Of a stretch of DNA of 64,000 bases, positions 23,501 to 37,264 are shown in pieces; the first letter of the stretch is position 1; every line of letters starts with the position of its first letter. The stretch is from Psilocybe cubensis. Lineage: Eukaryota. A program made the translations under genes and the position numbers. The notes under the pieces were generated by a model. The model worked only from the letters and a program-made list of their open reading frames with translations. It did not search any database and had not been told where the DNA came from. The stretch covers positions 2,852,001-2,916,000 of the forward strand of contig CM039007.1 in the NCBI GenBank assembly GCA_017499595.2, in the 5' to 3' direction.

Positions 23501-25680
23501 ATTTTTCACTCCTATATTTTCTCCATTATACACTTATATCTATTTCCTTCATAACATCGCGCTACCTCGTTGAGGAGGAGTGTTGATAACCAACGATCTA
23601 CCCCGATGACGTCACACCACCTTTATCATTTTTCCCCTCATTCCTAAACAACCACCTTTATACTCGTCTACGTAGAATAACTCTTTGTACAATGGGGAGG
23701 TATATAGTACCGACCCACTTCGATGCAGAACCTCAGTCTCTATCATATAGAACTGAGGTATGCATGTCTTCACTTTCACATCTTATTCACTACCTAATGT
23801 ACCGTACAGTTTATTTCCCCTCTCTAGGTACATTGTCATGTAATCGAGTCTCTATCATATAGAACTGAGTTTATTTCCCCTCTCTAGGGTCTTGATTTCC
23901 TACATGTTCTTCCTCTGCCTTGATTACTTCCTTCTCAAGAGTGTAGCTAATAACCAGACACCCATTCTGGTCAACTTATTGGTACGTATATGCGCATATA
24001 TTTCACATATACTTGACCGTGACTCATCACCAGTGTAGAACTTGTTGCGCATCAATTCGATCACGTGACTCCGTATTTTCCCAGCGCCCAGATTGTAACT
24101 AGAATCTGCTTTCTCTCAGTCATTTCTATGTAGCCTCTTTTGTTTTGAATAGATTTCAATAATATTTTTCATTTAATTGCTATATCCTATTGTGTGAATA
24201 CCTGAAGTGGCTGCCATGAGTAGAAATATTCAAAATATATCATTGTGTCAACATTGGGTGAACTAAAAATGTTTTTGGGGCTCTCAAAGGCAACTTAAAT
24301 GTTATCCAAATGTTTTTGGGTCTCCCAAATTTTACCGAAATGATTTGATTAAATTTAAATCTAGCTAAAACATTGGGTTTTGTAAATGATTTATAGCCTT
24401 TCAAAATTCCGAGTCTCTCGTTAGTCAATCTAAAAGGCCATTTGGGCCTTGGGGCATTTGGACGCCTCCAAATGCCTTGGCAAGGCATTTGGGGACTTGG
24501 TCACTTTTGCCGATGTCACTTTCAAGTGATATTGGATGGCGTCGTAATTGAATTGTAGAGGGTTTATGGTACGCCGAGCCACCACAGTGTCCTGAAGGAA
24601 AAGCGGAAATTTTCATACTGTCTCTTGGAAAAGATATTTCTGTTAAAGAATGTGATCAGAGACCTCTGTTCTGAGTATGCGCGTCTAAAACAGAACAGAA
24701 AACAACGAAGGCCATTAATAGCCGGCAGTTGCCGCGTATTGTCACATACAACATGTCACATACATAATAGCACAGCGTGTGTCACGGTTGACGCGTTTGA
24801 TACGCGCCCGTGGAAAGCTCGCGTTGAGCACTGAGCCCTGAGCTAAAAACATGCTGAAACGAATGTACCCAACGTCCTTCCTATTTTATTCAATGCATGT
24901 CTGGCGGGCCCAGATCCAATTCAAATTTGATTATTGGTGAGGCAAAACAGCGAGGTCATTCTGACAGACATATGTAGAATACGTTTCAGCGCAGCTCGGG
25001 CATCAGAAGGTCCATGAAACAGACTGGTAAATGGATTTCACAGATGGAAGGTGACCATGTCACTATTTGGCAAACCTTTTGACCCTTGGAAAGCCGGAAG
25101 AGCGACTCGCCAATTCCCAGACAACAAGCAAATATTGTCCGACAGGTATGCCGAATGATGGCCAGGAAACTCAACATGGGTGATGCGTTTCAACCCAAGG
25201 CTGAAGTACAGCTGCCGACAATACCAGGGCGGTGGACAGATCAAATAACGCCGTCCTGCCGAGACTTGGAACTGATAGATTGTGTGTGGCAAGTCGGTAG
25301 AATGTTACTTTTCAAGCCCGAAAGGTACTTTCCAGCTTTCAAGTTTTGTACTGATTTTCTAAACATACGCCAATAAATTAAAATTAAAACAATGACGGTC
25401 CGCAAGTTCAGTACCCTTCCCACGTCAAGGCCAGGATACAACGTTATGTGGTTAAGTTTAACTTGGCTCATCATTGGTTTCTGAATTTGAAAGCATGATG
25501 GCCTGTTGCGATGTCGGTGTTGCAACCCACTTCTGTAAGGTCTGGCCAGGCCCTTTCAATCTCTTGAGGACCAGAAGTTAAACTTAAAGCGCGCAGAATT
25601 GATTAATGGTATTTATCCTTCAGAAACTTGCTTTTAGTGCATCATCGAATACTAATGTTAAGTCGAAACACGGTAGTACC

Positions 25681-26325
25681 ATGGATAAGCTGGTAGCACC
25701 TACTCCGAACCACCGTCAAGCATTCCCACCGCAAGGCCTGGATGAATATACAGTTCAAGGTTCCGCTATGCTCACCGACCACCCAGTTAACCTGTTCCCG
25801 CTATATCAAAACTCAGATATATCGTCATATACTGAGGATGTCGCATCCGGATTCATACTACCCCCTGATTACACCAGAGAGCACACGATTACTTCCTACC
25901 TCAATTCGGTCTGTGATATGGACATTGCAACAAAGGCGCCCTGCGAACCCCCAAACCGTCACACTCCCATAGATCCAGACAGCTATTCGTTAATAATGAC
26001 CCTCGCAGATACCTACATGGTGCACTCTGCCCGAACAGGCTCACTCGATGATATCGACGCCGCCATAGCACACTACCAACGCGTGCTGGGCATGCTCACG
26101 CCAGAACACGAGAGTAAGGACGTGGTACTTGATAGCCTCAGCATCGCGTTTCAGAAGAGATATGATCTGTCCGGCGAATATCGCGATGTCCATAGGGCGG
26201 TGATGTGTTTACGGGAGGCGATGCGGCTGTGTCCGAATGGGCACCCTGAGCGTGGACGCCGGGAGCGTCGGCTTAAGAACGCACTTCCTGTTCGGTACGA
26301 GAAGATGCATACGATGCTTCGCTAA
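25681..26325 (+). CDS. Small stand-alone TPR protein (CHAT-associated repeat type), no protease domain
   Basis: GSLDDIDAAIAHYQRVL..TPEH..K..VLDSLSIAFQKRY..SGEYRDVHRAV..LREAMRLCPNGHPER matches the repeats of the CHAT genes in this window. Confidence 0.7.
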   Translation: MDKLVAPTPNHRQAFPPQGLDEYTVQGSAMLTDHPVNLFPLYQNSDISSYTEDVASGFILPPDYTREHTITSYLNSVCDMDIATKAPCEPPNRHTPIDPDSYSLIMTLADTYMVHSARTGSLDDIDAAIAHYQRVLGMLTPEHESKDVVLDSLSIAFQKRYDLSGEYRDVHRAVMCLREAMRLCPNGHPERGRRERRLKNALPVRYEKMHTMLR

Positions 26326-29060
26326 TGGTAGGACCAGTTTATACACCGCATAGGATTAAAAGATTCTTGAAGAGAGCTAAATTAGAGGCCACCAGCCAAG
26401 CCTGACCCAAAGTCAACGTTGGAAGTTCTCAAAAATGCAACCACAAGTACACAACCCTTCTCAGTTTCTTGTCAGTTGCTCTCAGATTTCTTTCATAACC
26501 TCGCGAGAAAATAGAACGTAGAGATATGGATGGAGTTATATATTAAATCTGCTCGACGTACACATTGGAGTCCTCAGATCAACAAACAAAAAGCGACGAT
26601 TTTGGGTTTCAAGTTTGCACAAATCTTGATACATTCTAAGCCTCCTGGGGTCTTCTGTCAATGGTATTAATATCATGTCTTCCACTCCAACATTGCGATC
26701 CTTTCAACACATTGGGCAGGTAAATCATATCTTGCTACGCTCGTCACACTATTTTGCATTCCTATGGCCTGGGGGTGAAGCAACCCACGCTTGGTATATT
26801 TGACTACCTCAACGACCAAGTAAAGGATCTACCCAAGCTTAACTTCTCACATCAGTAATCTGCTGTTGAGCTGTTACTTTGGACAAAGGAGGGAATGGGA
26901 CAACGCGGATCTTTGCAGCTATTCGGCTAAGTACCAGGCTCGTGAAAGTACTCATTTATACTTATATTTACATGATAACTGGATCTAGTCATGTCTGAGT
27001 CTGACCTCCACACACTGTTTTATCTCTGCATGGCCACGAGTCAACTTTCTTTACCCAAACCCTCTCTGTAATTTGCGATTAATGGGTTTCAGTACATATG
27101 TATAGAATAAACTGGGATAAGGGAAGTCGAGTTCCTCGGTCCTCTGTTATTGTTCCATGACCGGACATCAAGCTTATACTCTTCAGTGCAGGGTTGGGTT
27201 TGCCTCAAACCAAGGATTTTGACCTTCTTTTCAAATCAAGGTTAGATTTTTACAAAGGCTGGATGAACGTCTGGATTCCTTCAGAAAGTGATCAGCGTCA
27301 GGTAAACGCCGCAATAATTTAACTCGAAGGCATCCAATATTGTTTGACTATGAACTTGTTGAGCGGACTCTGCTTTGAGGGTACGCACCTATCTCTGACA
27401 AGAGAAAACTCTCGAAAACGACTAAGGCCAAACGTGCCGGCAGTTGTCGCGTCTTGTCGCATCACTCACATGCATGTCACAGACCAAATGTGTGCCATGT
27501 CTTTGACTTTATACCTCTCAAGCACCGCCTGATCTATGTTGTTGTCATACACGTCTTATGTACAGTTATCTATATTTTGAACATATAATAAGACATGAAT
27601 AACAATTGCTGTTTGTTCAACATACAGGGATCTGCGCCCGCAGTAGCATTGCTCAAGCACTACTGAGCAATTGCTAAGTATGTTCGTCTTCAGTCACCAA
27701 TAATATCCGTATTTTCATGGGTCTACCCAGTGTCTCCCACAACCACCCAACAAGCCTTTACTGAAGCCATCACATTTCTTCCAGCTTTTCTGAATAGCAA
27801 TCTTATCTTGATTAGATAACCAGAATTAGATAAGATCTGGCTCTCGGGCCACGTCAACATTTGAAAGTTTTCAACCAGTTACTACCCAGACCACCCAGAC
27901 CACCCACGATCCATGCATAAAAACAACCCTTGTATATCACAAATATACAGTTACCATATTCTCACTGAGAGGTCGTGCGTTAAGTTTGCTGCCATCCACT
28001 ACCTTTGCTTGATCATCCGTCGTCGTGAGTCCTCAGTGTCCATGATTGGCATAATTAACTACCTCAATGATCAAGCAAAGGATCGACCCAAGATTAACCT
28101 CTCAAATCAGTCATCTGCCATTGAAAATTGACGTTGTCCACGGAGGAAGGGACTGAATAACGCGGATCTTTGCGACCGACATACTTGGATTGATTGTCTG
28201 GACCTTTGGTTCATTCGTGCCCTTGGGCATCACATGCATATTCGAGCTTCGATTGCTTCGAAATTGTGGTATTGATAGCAATCCTAGACCAGAATTGTGC
28301 TTTCCCCCCTCAACCTGCAATTCTGTAGTTGATGGAGTCATTGGCCTGTCATTACATTGGTGTCAGTTACGCGGGTACGGGCCAGGCAGGTTTCAGTCAT
28401 CATATGCAGGTATCCAGAAGCTCCAATCCACGGCGGTTACGGGAACGATTGGCAGATGAAATATCAAAACGTAAGTACGTATCATTGTCAAAGATATCAC
28501 ACGCAAAGGTAAACTAATGTCCCCTACCACTGACTGGGTGTGTGCCAAATTTCTGGTTCACTAGGTCGATTGTGGATTCCAATATCCTCATTGTTGATTT
28601 CCTGAGAAACCGTGAGCGATATCGACATATTCGGGGCTTTTGTTTACTCTACGCTAGTGTATGTGCAGGCACAGAGCCTAAAGGCACCACGTTGCCTACT
28701 AACCTTGTCTATTCGGCTAGGTGATAAGTTCATGTAAGCACTCACTTATACTTATACTCGCATGTTGACTGGAGCTCTCTTTGTCCGTCTGCCGTTCACA
28801 CACTATTTTATCTCTGCATGGCCACGCGACAACTCTCTTTACCCAAATCTGTTCTGTAGGTAATCCATTTGCGCCCAGAATCAATGGGTGTCAGCTTATA
28901 TGTATAGGATGGACGGGGAGAAGGTGAGTAGAGTTTCCTTGGCCTTCTTCTTATCGCTTGACTTCCTGGACATCAAGGCTTATATAGTCTTCACTTCGAG
29001 GCTGAGTTTGCATTTGCGTACACGCCCGCTTTTTGTAGAAGATTCCTAATCTGAGTTGGC

Positions 29061-30736
29061 ATGGCGAAAGACATCTCCGCCGACGTGGCCTACATTGCCG
29101 GAGTGTGGACTGAGGGAGTGTTATATGGTGAGTACTTGAGAGTTGTTGTCGACTTTCTCAGAACATATTTCAAAATATCCTCAGGAATACAGTACGTCTT
29201 TTCCAAAGTTACCTAACAATGTGCTACTCTTAGTTTCTCTTTATTTCCCTGCAGCATCATCGTTTACTTGACGTTATGCTACATTTTTACGTCAAGGGCA
29301 TATACTCGAGGTCGAGAAACATCCTCTAGGCATGTTATTCGCAATAACTCAGCGCCACATGGTAATCATCTATGGCTAGGGCTTTCCTCCTCCTGAGTAC
29401 CGTCATGTTTGCCTTATCCACAACACACGTCGGCCTCGGTGTGCGCGAGCTCCTAGATGGTTTTGTATATCAAAGCCAATCGACCCCCGGAGGGCCGCCC
29501 GCCTTCTTCCGCGAAAACGTGTTCCCTAAACGAAAATCGATCTATATATTCAATGTACGTACCAATAGTGACATTGGGGCGATTGGCAGAAATTGTGGGA
29601 TACTGATTTCTGAGTCTGCCGCAGACGCTCTTGGGTGATGCTCTTTTGGTATATTCTCTTACGCTGGTTGATTTGAATTGCTGGTGACTTGCGGGTCTTA
29701 GGTATGGCGAGTGTACACTATTTATGGCCAGAACTGGCTTGTCGCGTTTCCTTCCGTGCGTAATACTTCTAGTTCACTTTTCCGACGGAGCTCAACCTTC
29801 TATCTGGTTATGTGCAGGCTATCACACTCCTCGGAACAACCAGTACGTATGAGAGCCCCACAGAGCCCCACAGTGTCTGTATTGTTTATTCAGCATGACT
29901 CACTATTTTATTATCCATTATCAGTAACGGGTCTAAAAACCGTTGCAGCAGACGTAATGTCGGAGCACTCCTCTGTTTTTGACCCGTCTATCCTGAACTG
30001 GGTAACAGCCACATTTGCACTCACCATATCCACACAAGTAATATCCACAGCACTGATTGCTGGGAGGATATACACCGCCTCCAGACCATATACATTCACA
30101 CATAGCCTCCCAGCCCATCCGCCCCAGAGGGCTTCATCTGAGCGAACGGCTGCTGCAAAGACACTGGCAGTGGGTAACAGTCGCTCTCCTGTCCCCCCTG
30201 GTGATGGGTTGCCATTCAGTTACACTGCTGCAGGAGAACAGGACAACCAACGCGCCAAGTATCTTTCTTTGGTGTTTATAGTCGCAGAGTCGGGCGCGGT
30301 GTACACCAGTGCGGCCCTGATCCAGTTGATCACTTATCTGCTTAACATGAATGCGGGGGTGATACTAGAACTTATGCTTGCTCAGCTCAGCGTGAGCTGT
30401 TTTCCATTAATATTTTTTGACATACACGTCTCAAATTTACTTTAACAGGCGGTGGTGCCTATGGTCATCGTCGTTCGCGTGGGTCTGGGCCTCGCGTATG
30501 AAGGGCCGTACAACGGGAATGGTATGCATCGAGGGCGCAGCGGCTACGCCAAGCGCTGGTCGGATAAAGAGGATGTTCACCACCTCTCGACGTTTCATGC
30601 TGCAGAGGGCAACGCATCGCAGACCAGGAATGATGACGACGTTGGAGAGATGGCAACTGAGAAAAGTGGTGACTATACTAGTATTGGGAGTAAGACTCAG
30701 GTAGGGACAGTTAAGGGAGAGAATAGTGAAGCTTGA
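29061..30736 (+). CDS. Agaricomycete-type multi-pass (about 7 TM) membrane protein, multi-exon
   Basis: EGVLYG, STTHVG, GDALL.WR, TALIAGRI, AESGAVY, VPMVIVVRVGLG across many short introns. Confidence 0.8.
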
Positions 30737-30876
30737 GTATATACCTTTTCTTTTTTGAGGCTTGTATGCGATGAAACGTTTTTTTAGCATATGTATATGA
30801 TTCTTTGAGACCATGTATACACCACAATGTGACGATGCAAACTTCAACTTCTACGCTAATCTCATTGCTACTCCCC

Positions 30877-33800
30877 TTAATACCCGAGGTGAATATAAGG
30901 AACCCACGTCACCAACGCTCGTTCAGTATCTTTCAGACTATCTCTAACCATTTTCGTTGCATAATCCAAGGCAAAGGCTGCCCGTGTGCTGTCCAGACCT
31001 CCGTTGTTCGACTCTCTCATCAAGTACTGATAAAACTCGGTAGCAAATTTTGGGCCATATGAGTCTGTGATGTTCCACATTGTACCGATTACACCTCGAT
31101 ATCCAACGGCAAGCATACCTGCTGCGAGATGGACGACTTCATCGGATAATAGTGAGTCTCCTTGACTTGTTTGGCATGCAGAGAGAAATGCTAGCTCTGG
31201 ATCTATAATTCTATGTTTCATAATTTCCAAGAGGGTAAGGCGCCCGTTTTGAAGGCAAATTCCACTTTCGAGAGGGTTTGCGCGATCCTGGACACCATAA
31301 CATGCGAAGTGTGCCCAGCTATGAGACAGCATTTCCTTCTGGACTTTTTCCACCGTTGCATCTGCATCGTCTAACAGCAAAGTATGGATATGTTTTGTAA
31401 TTGATTGTACAGAGCTAATTTCCGTTCTCGTCGAAGGTAAGGAACTTAGACCTGGAGTGCTGGCCTGGCCAACAAGTAGAAGGTTACGAGACTTGGAAGG
31501 TGACGATTCCAATGCGACGGCACTTTTTTCCACGACGGATCTGACTGTAGGCGTGTATGATGATACCACGAAATCAGAAATACATAATCCGTACCGGTAG
31601 TTCTCCCCATAAATTCCAGCAGCGTGAAGAGGAAGGAATGAAAGAGAACCCGTTGGACACCACCACAAACGGCTACGTTCAGCCCCAATAACAAGCTCCT
31701 TCTAAAAGAAAACAAGTGTCAGAAATTGTAGTCAATTGGGGTATCTTAAGGTGACTCACGGGATATGCCAGAGCGTCAAGGATGGGTAACACAAGCTTAT
31801 GCCAAATTTCACGAAGAATGAACGACATAGGTTCCGGATTGTTTTTTCGGCGTCGGCTCGCCCGCTCTTCACCGTTACTACGTTGGCCCAAAATATCTGT
31901 CTGAAGGATTTTTCGCAGACTTTCCGCATCTGAAGCACTGAAATTTTGAAGCGGGATGTGCAAAGGGTGCTCCATCCCTGCGCTAAGAGCTAATGCATCG
32001 CATCGAGTCTTGTGAACATTGAATATAATAACAGACCCTTCATGTGGTAAAGAAGAGAGTATGATGTTGCATTTTTGTGGTCGGAGAAAATCTTGAAAAT
32101 TTGGCAGAGACCTGATTTCGTCAAGAAGTCTCTTGTACTCTGAAGCGAGTCGTGTATGCGCCAGAGTTTGGTCTTGAGCGTGTAAATCTTTTGGCAAAGT
32201 CTCGTAAGATGTAGGCGCCGAAGAGTCTACTCTTGTGCTATATGATTCCAATTGCAAGGCAAGATTCGTGAATCGAGTAGCATGAGATGGGAATTTATCT
32301 TTGAGGCGAATGAGTGGATTTCTTAGGTCAGTTATTTGATTCCACACCAAACAGCGCCCTTGTTCAAGCCATTCAAGCGCGATATCTACCTCCCCAAAGC
32401 TGAGGGCAGTTGAGATTGCTGTGTTGATAAAAGCAGAATGTGGCTGGATGTAGTCGTGGCGGCGGTGAATGGTTTGTTCTAGACCGGCCACCTCTGAAAG
32501 AAGACCAATCGCCAAAGAAAAGTCATCAAGACAATGGGAGTGATCATGAGAGTCCGCCAGGAGGGCAGCTTCCTTGGCACACGCGAGGCGAATAGACGGG
32601 AACCCATTTGAGGCAGCACCTCGACGATATGCACCAATACAGGATTGGATATCCGCGTCCTGCTCGCTCCTCTCAAACTTGCTCAGATATGCGTTTCCGA
32701 GGCTAAATAGTAAGCTGGGGAGCTCAGCGTGTCCGACATCAATGTGCTTTATGGCTGCCTCGTAAAGAGAAATTGCGTTGTCGAGATGATTCATTATTGC
32801 TGCTCTATGAAAGAGGCTAATGTAACAGACAGCCAAATTGGCAAGCCTGCCTGGGAGATGGGAATGCCCAATAGATGTTCTACGTAGTGCTTCCTGATGG
32901 TATAGTATGGCTTGAAAGGCATCCTGTGCATTTCCATTGAGTTCAAAGCGGCGTTCATGAGCGTTACCTGCATTGCTGAGCCGCCTAGGCAGATCGGCAT
33001 GATTATTCTCAGTGTGATTGATCGATTGCTGGTGGTTTTCAATGGCCGAATCAAGGTCTTGTACATCTCTAGTTTAATCAAACCTCGCTAAGTATGAGCA
33101 CCCAAGATTGCAGGCCCACCTAGGAAGGTCGATGTGTCCAGGAGAAGTACAATCCAGTGCTTTCCTATGGTATAACACGGCGGAATCGATATCTTGGATG
33201 CTTTTTGTTCGTTGGAAACGATATGCATATGAGATCCCGAGGTTGGTAAAACGTCTTGAAAGGTCTGCATGATCAGCTGGCGTAGAGATCAAAGCATTTT
33301 GGTGGTGGGATATGGCAGAATCGATGTCTTGAAGGTCCCCTGTAGATTGAAAACGTGATGAATACGAGCATCCCTATGGCTGTCCGTTTGCACATTTAAT
33401 ACCAATCATTAAACTTTTTGTCCCATATTTAGAAGTCTTGGACTAAGTCTTCCAATAACTATATCTTATGGTGTCCGAAGATAGAGAAAAGGCTTCCAAT
33501 CATAAAGATCTCATATCCACACATTTGTATATTGCAACCTTAGGTACAACTTTGAGTACCATACATATAGTTTTGGAGCCCACATATATATATTAGAATC
33601 CCTTACATAGGAAACCCATGCCGTTTCATACATTTTTTGCTCCCCCACATATATCTACTGGTTCCGGCAATCTTAGATTTTACCTGTCGTCGTCCCGAAG
33701 AAATACAGGTGATTTTCGGCATTCGTTCCTGCCGTGGCAAGCTTGCCTTCGTGCGAATTCGGCATATCTCGGCAATCAGCCAGACGAATCACAGCACATT

Positions 33801-35550
33801 GCTGTTTTTTCACCTTGACACAGGCAGAGTAAGCACTGACACAGTTTCAAATACTAACCGATTGTGAATGCTATAATGTAAGCTAAATACAGCATTATTG
33901 AGTGTTTTTTCTGAGCCAAGCGCTGTGATAACAGCCAGTAGCAGATATGTTAAGTTTGGTTAAGGTTAAATACACCTGAAGTTGAGGTTATAGGTGGTCA
34001 ATCTACTCAGGGTCAGCTATACGCACAGGTTTTGTGTTTCATCATCAAACTCGAAATTTTTAATGCATATCTGAACTTAAAGTATTCCCCTAGCTGCTTC
34101 AGGAGTAGCTATCCACCCCAAAGCGGGGTACAAATATAATTCCCACACGGATTCGGCAGTGCCGGCACGCAGGGTAGTCATCTCGACAACTCTATGTCTT
34201 TGGAAAAAATGTTAGATATATGGGGAGGGGATTACAAAGTATGGTACGGGATGTCATATATAGGGGTGAGATGTATATATGTATGTACCATTCATTAAAG
34301 TTGAAGATTCTGTAAATACAATTATCGGGATGATTTCCTCTATGCTCGGAAACTAGCTCTCTATGAGTGGGACATTAATATATATAGTGGGGATTGTATA
34401 AAACTGTTCTCTATATGTATGGGACAAAAAGTTTAATGATTGGTATTAAATGTGCAAACGGACAGCCATACATCCCAGGTTATTTAACACCATTGGTAAT
34501 TGTGCATGTCGGCGAGGAATCAAATCGAGTGCCTTCTGGTGATTGTCTATTGTGCGATTAATGTCAACAACTTTTCCTGATCGAGCCCCACGACGTGAGT
34601 ACGATTTGCCCAGATTACCGAACCAGGTGAAAAGATCGGCATGACCAGCAGGAGTGAGCGCTATTGATTTCTCATGGTTCAAGATGGAAACGTCCAAATC
34701 ATCGAGGTCGGCGGTGTGCTCATATCTACAAAAATACGAGTACCCGATGTTGTTGTAAAATCCTGGCAAATCCTCACTACTTCCCGAGGTGCTTATAATT
34801 GACCTTCGGTGGCATGATATAGCCTGATTGACATCCGTAAGGTCCCCTGAACGCAAAAATCGATACAAATATGCTGTCCCAAGGTTAGTGAGCCATGTAG
34901 CAAGCGGAGGGGGGGTGCAATTGACTGCTTGTAGATGATTCAATATGGACCTATCAAGATCCTCGAGTACAGCAGTTCGTTTATAACGAAGGCCGTACGA
35001 ATTTCCAAGGTTACTGAGTAGATGAGGAAACTCTGGTTGTTTCTCAGGAGTAATGGAGATAGCCTCAGTAAGACTAGCAATCGATCTGTGAATGTCGTCT
35101 AATTCTCCCAAACGCTCGAAGCGTGAATTTAGTGCACTAGCGAGATTACTCAGTCGGGTGGCTTTCCGTGGATTTCCATGTGGGGTGTGCTCCAGTGCCT
35201 GCTCAAAGTCGAAAATGGCCTCTTCAATATCCTTTAGAGATGAGGTATGATAGAACCGTTTTAATGCGAACACTCCGTGGTTTGTGAAATCTTCCGCCTT
35301 CATATGGAATCAACCAACATGCTCAGTGCTGATGCAAAAATATTTACCTGCATGGTACCAAACCCCGTTGACATATAGTTTCCCATACTCGAATAAACTG
35401 CTGGCAGGAAGTTGGCGTTGTGAGAATTCACGGTAAGGCCGTCTATGACTATTGATGAATGTGTTGAGGAGGTCAAAGGGTTGATTTTCTCTTTCGTTGC
35501 AGAGAAGCATACATAAGTCTTGAGCTCTATAAACAGATGCACCCTAGAAC
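30877..35550 (-). pseudogene. TPR-CHAT caspase-like protease pseudogene (5' end not resolved)
   Basis: TPR array, EWLEQGR.LVW, WWCPTG.L.FLPLHAAG, LSACQT. Lesions: TE insertion at 33375-34470, in-frame TAA at 33074-33076, catalytic HFACHG changed to HFACYG (31297-31299). Confidence 0.9.
33375..34470. mobile_element. Non-autonomous TIR element, IS3EU-like ends
   Basis: ~52-bp TIR TATGGCTGTCCGTTTGCAC...; 6-bp TSD CATCCC on both sides; interrupts the TPR reading frame. Confidence 0.9.
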
Positions 35551-35562
35551 GTGTTCAACACG

Positions 35563-36876
35563 TATGGCTGCCCAAGTGGGGAAATATTCCCCGTAAACTT
35601 ATTTAGGTATTTTTCTTACTGCGTGAATTTGTAAAAAATATGTTGGAGCGCGGAAACATTTTTTGAGTGCGCAGATTGTTTTCTAGCTTAGCCGTAAATA
35701 TATTTGATTGCGCGGAAACATATTTGACTGCGTGGAAACATATTTTGGACATATTTTGCTAGCGCACGTAAATTTTTACTGCCCTCAATTATATTTAATG
35801 CATAAATCCTATGCGCGTAGAAACATTTTGAGCCCCAAACAAATCTTTCGATGCGCGGAAAACATTGTTCAGTTGCACTATTTCTAGCCTAAATTGACCA
35901 AAACAAGTTCAAGCTCCAACAGTTGTATACACAATGCATGGTTATTCTATCTATTACTGCCTTATAGGACAAAATAACAATTTCTGCAGTGCTTTACATG
36001 AAGCATTAGCAAATCCCTAGTGGTTATGGGGTCTCCCCATTAGTGGTGCAGCTAGTGCGCCATTTCAGACATCTCTAGCACTGTGTGAAATAACCTCATC
36101 AATCGTGGGAAAGACATCAATCAGTGCATTCTTGAGCGCATTTGTGCATTTGGAGTGTCGGGAATAGGAGAATAAGATTGAAAATCATGGTAAGATATGT
36201 ATTACATAGGTATCTACGAGAATATGTCAAAATATTACCGCAACTACTGTGTACGAAGTAAAGTATTAGCAGCGGCCATCACAATTGCGCATTAGTGGCT
36301 GTGCAAGAAAGCGACACTTCACGTTCAAGCAACATTCACGGCGATTTCAAGACGATTATCCCACATTACTTGATTAAAACAACATTAATATATTTCAAAA
36401 GAGCATAGATTAGATATACTAAGAAATTTGTAATTAAATGAATGTGGGTTAGCCTTGCAATACACAATCCTCAATATCACTGTCAGGTGGAGCTTGAACT
36501 CGTTTAGGTGTGCCGAAGTGCCATTTTAGATCATTTTACATAATCTCGGCATACCGGCTGGTCACTTTGGGCTAGAAATAGTACAACTGAACAATGTTTT
36601 CCGCGCATCGAAAAATTTGTTTGCGGCACAAAATGTATCTACGCGCACAGGGTTTATGCATTGAATATAATTGAGGGCAGTAGAAATTTATGTGCGCTGG
36701 AAAAATATGCCCAAAATATGTTTCCGCGCAGTCAAATATTTTTATGGCTAACCTAAAAAACAATCTGCGCACTCAAAAAATGTTTCCGCGCTCCAACATA
36801 GTTTTTACAGATTCACGCAATAAGAAAAAAACCTAAACAAGTTTACGGGGAATATTTCCCCACTTGGGCAGCCATA
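35563..36876. mobile_element. Non-autonomous long-TIR element, IS3EU-like ends
   Basis: TATGGCTGCCCAAGTGGGG...CCCCACTTGGGCAGCCATA; imperfect TIR of ~320 bp; 6-bp TSD AACACG. Confidence 0.9.
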
Positions 36877-37264
36877 AACACGAGGGGTTGATAAACGCAT
36901 TCTCTCCTATAGCAAGACCCCAGGACCAGGTTATGTAGCCTATACTACTGTTATAAGCTACATATACCGCAACTAAAATAATTGCACGGTCCCCCCCAAA
37001 AAAATAAAAAAGAAAGAATAAAATGAAATGAAATGAAATGCAGATGAGATAGAAGAATGCAGATTTTATTTAAAGTAGAACATCTCAGTAATAAAATAAT
37101 AGCCACGACACTGAGTGGGATTGAAAATAAGCTTACGAAATGAACGAAGTAGGTTACCCGGCACGTCAAGTGCGTGCAGCTCACCCAAGTCTCTCATAAT
37201 CAGATCCCATTTTTAACAGGCGCCAATCGGCTTCATTTTGATTGAGGTATTTTCGCTGCTTATG

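Larger units (their letters stand above)
18293..23904 (+). mobile_element. Full-length Ty1/copia LTR retrotransposon, recent insertion
   Basis: 324-bp LTRs at 18293-18616 and 23581-23904 (TG...CA; one mismatch seen, 18557 T vs 23845 C); 5-bp TSD TGTTC; PBS GGTTATGGGCC; polypurine tract gaggaggag before the 3' LTR. Confidence 0.97.
17574..24515. mobile_element. Degenerate TIR DNA element (CATCGGCAAAAGTGAC ends) that hosts the copia insertion
   Basis: ~34-bp inverted match catcggcaaaagtgac..ccccaaatgcctt at 17574 and 24482-24515; subterminal catttgg/ccaaatg repeats; no TSD recognisable. Confidence 0.6.

Noticed and set aside
18029-24130. Minus-strand coding remnant flanking the copia (18029-18290 and 23910-24130) as a transposase
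   Set aside because: Short, contains stops and has no recognisable catalytic motif; cannot be assigned.
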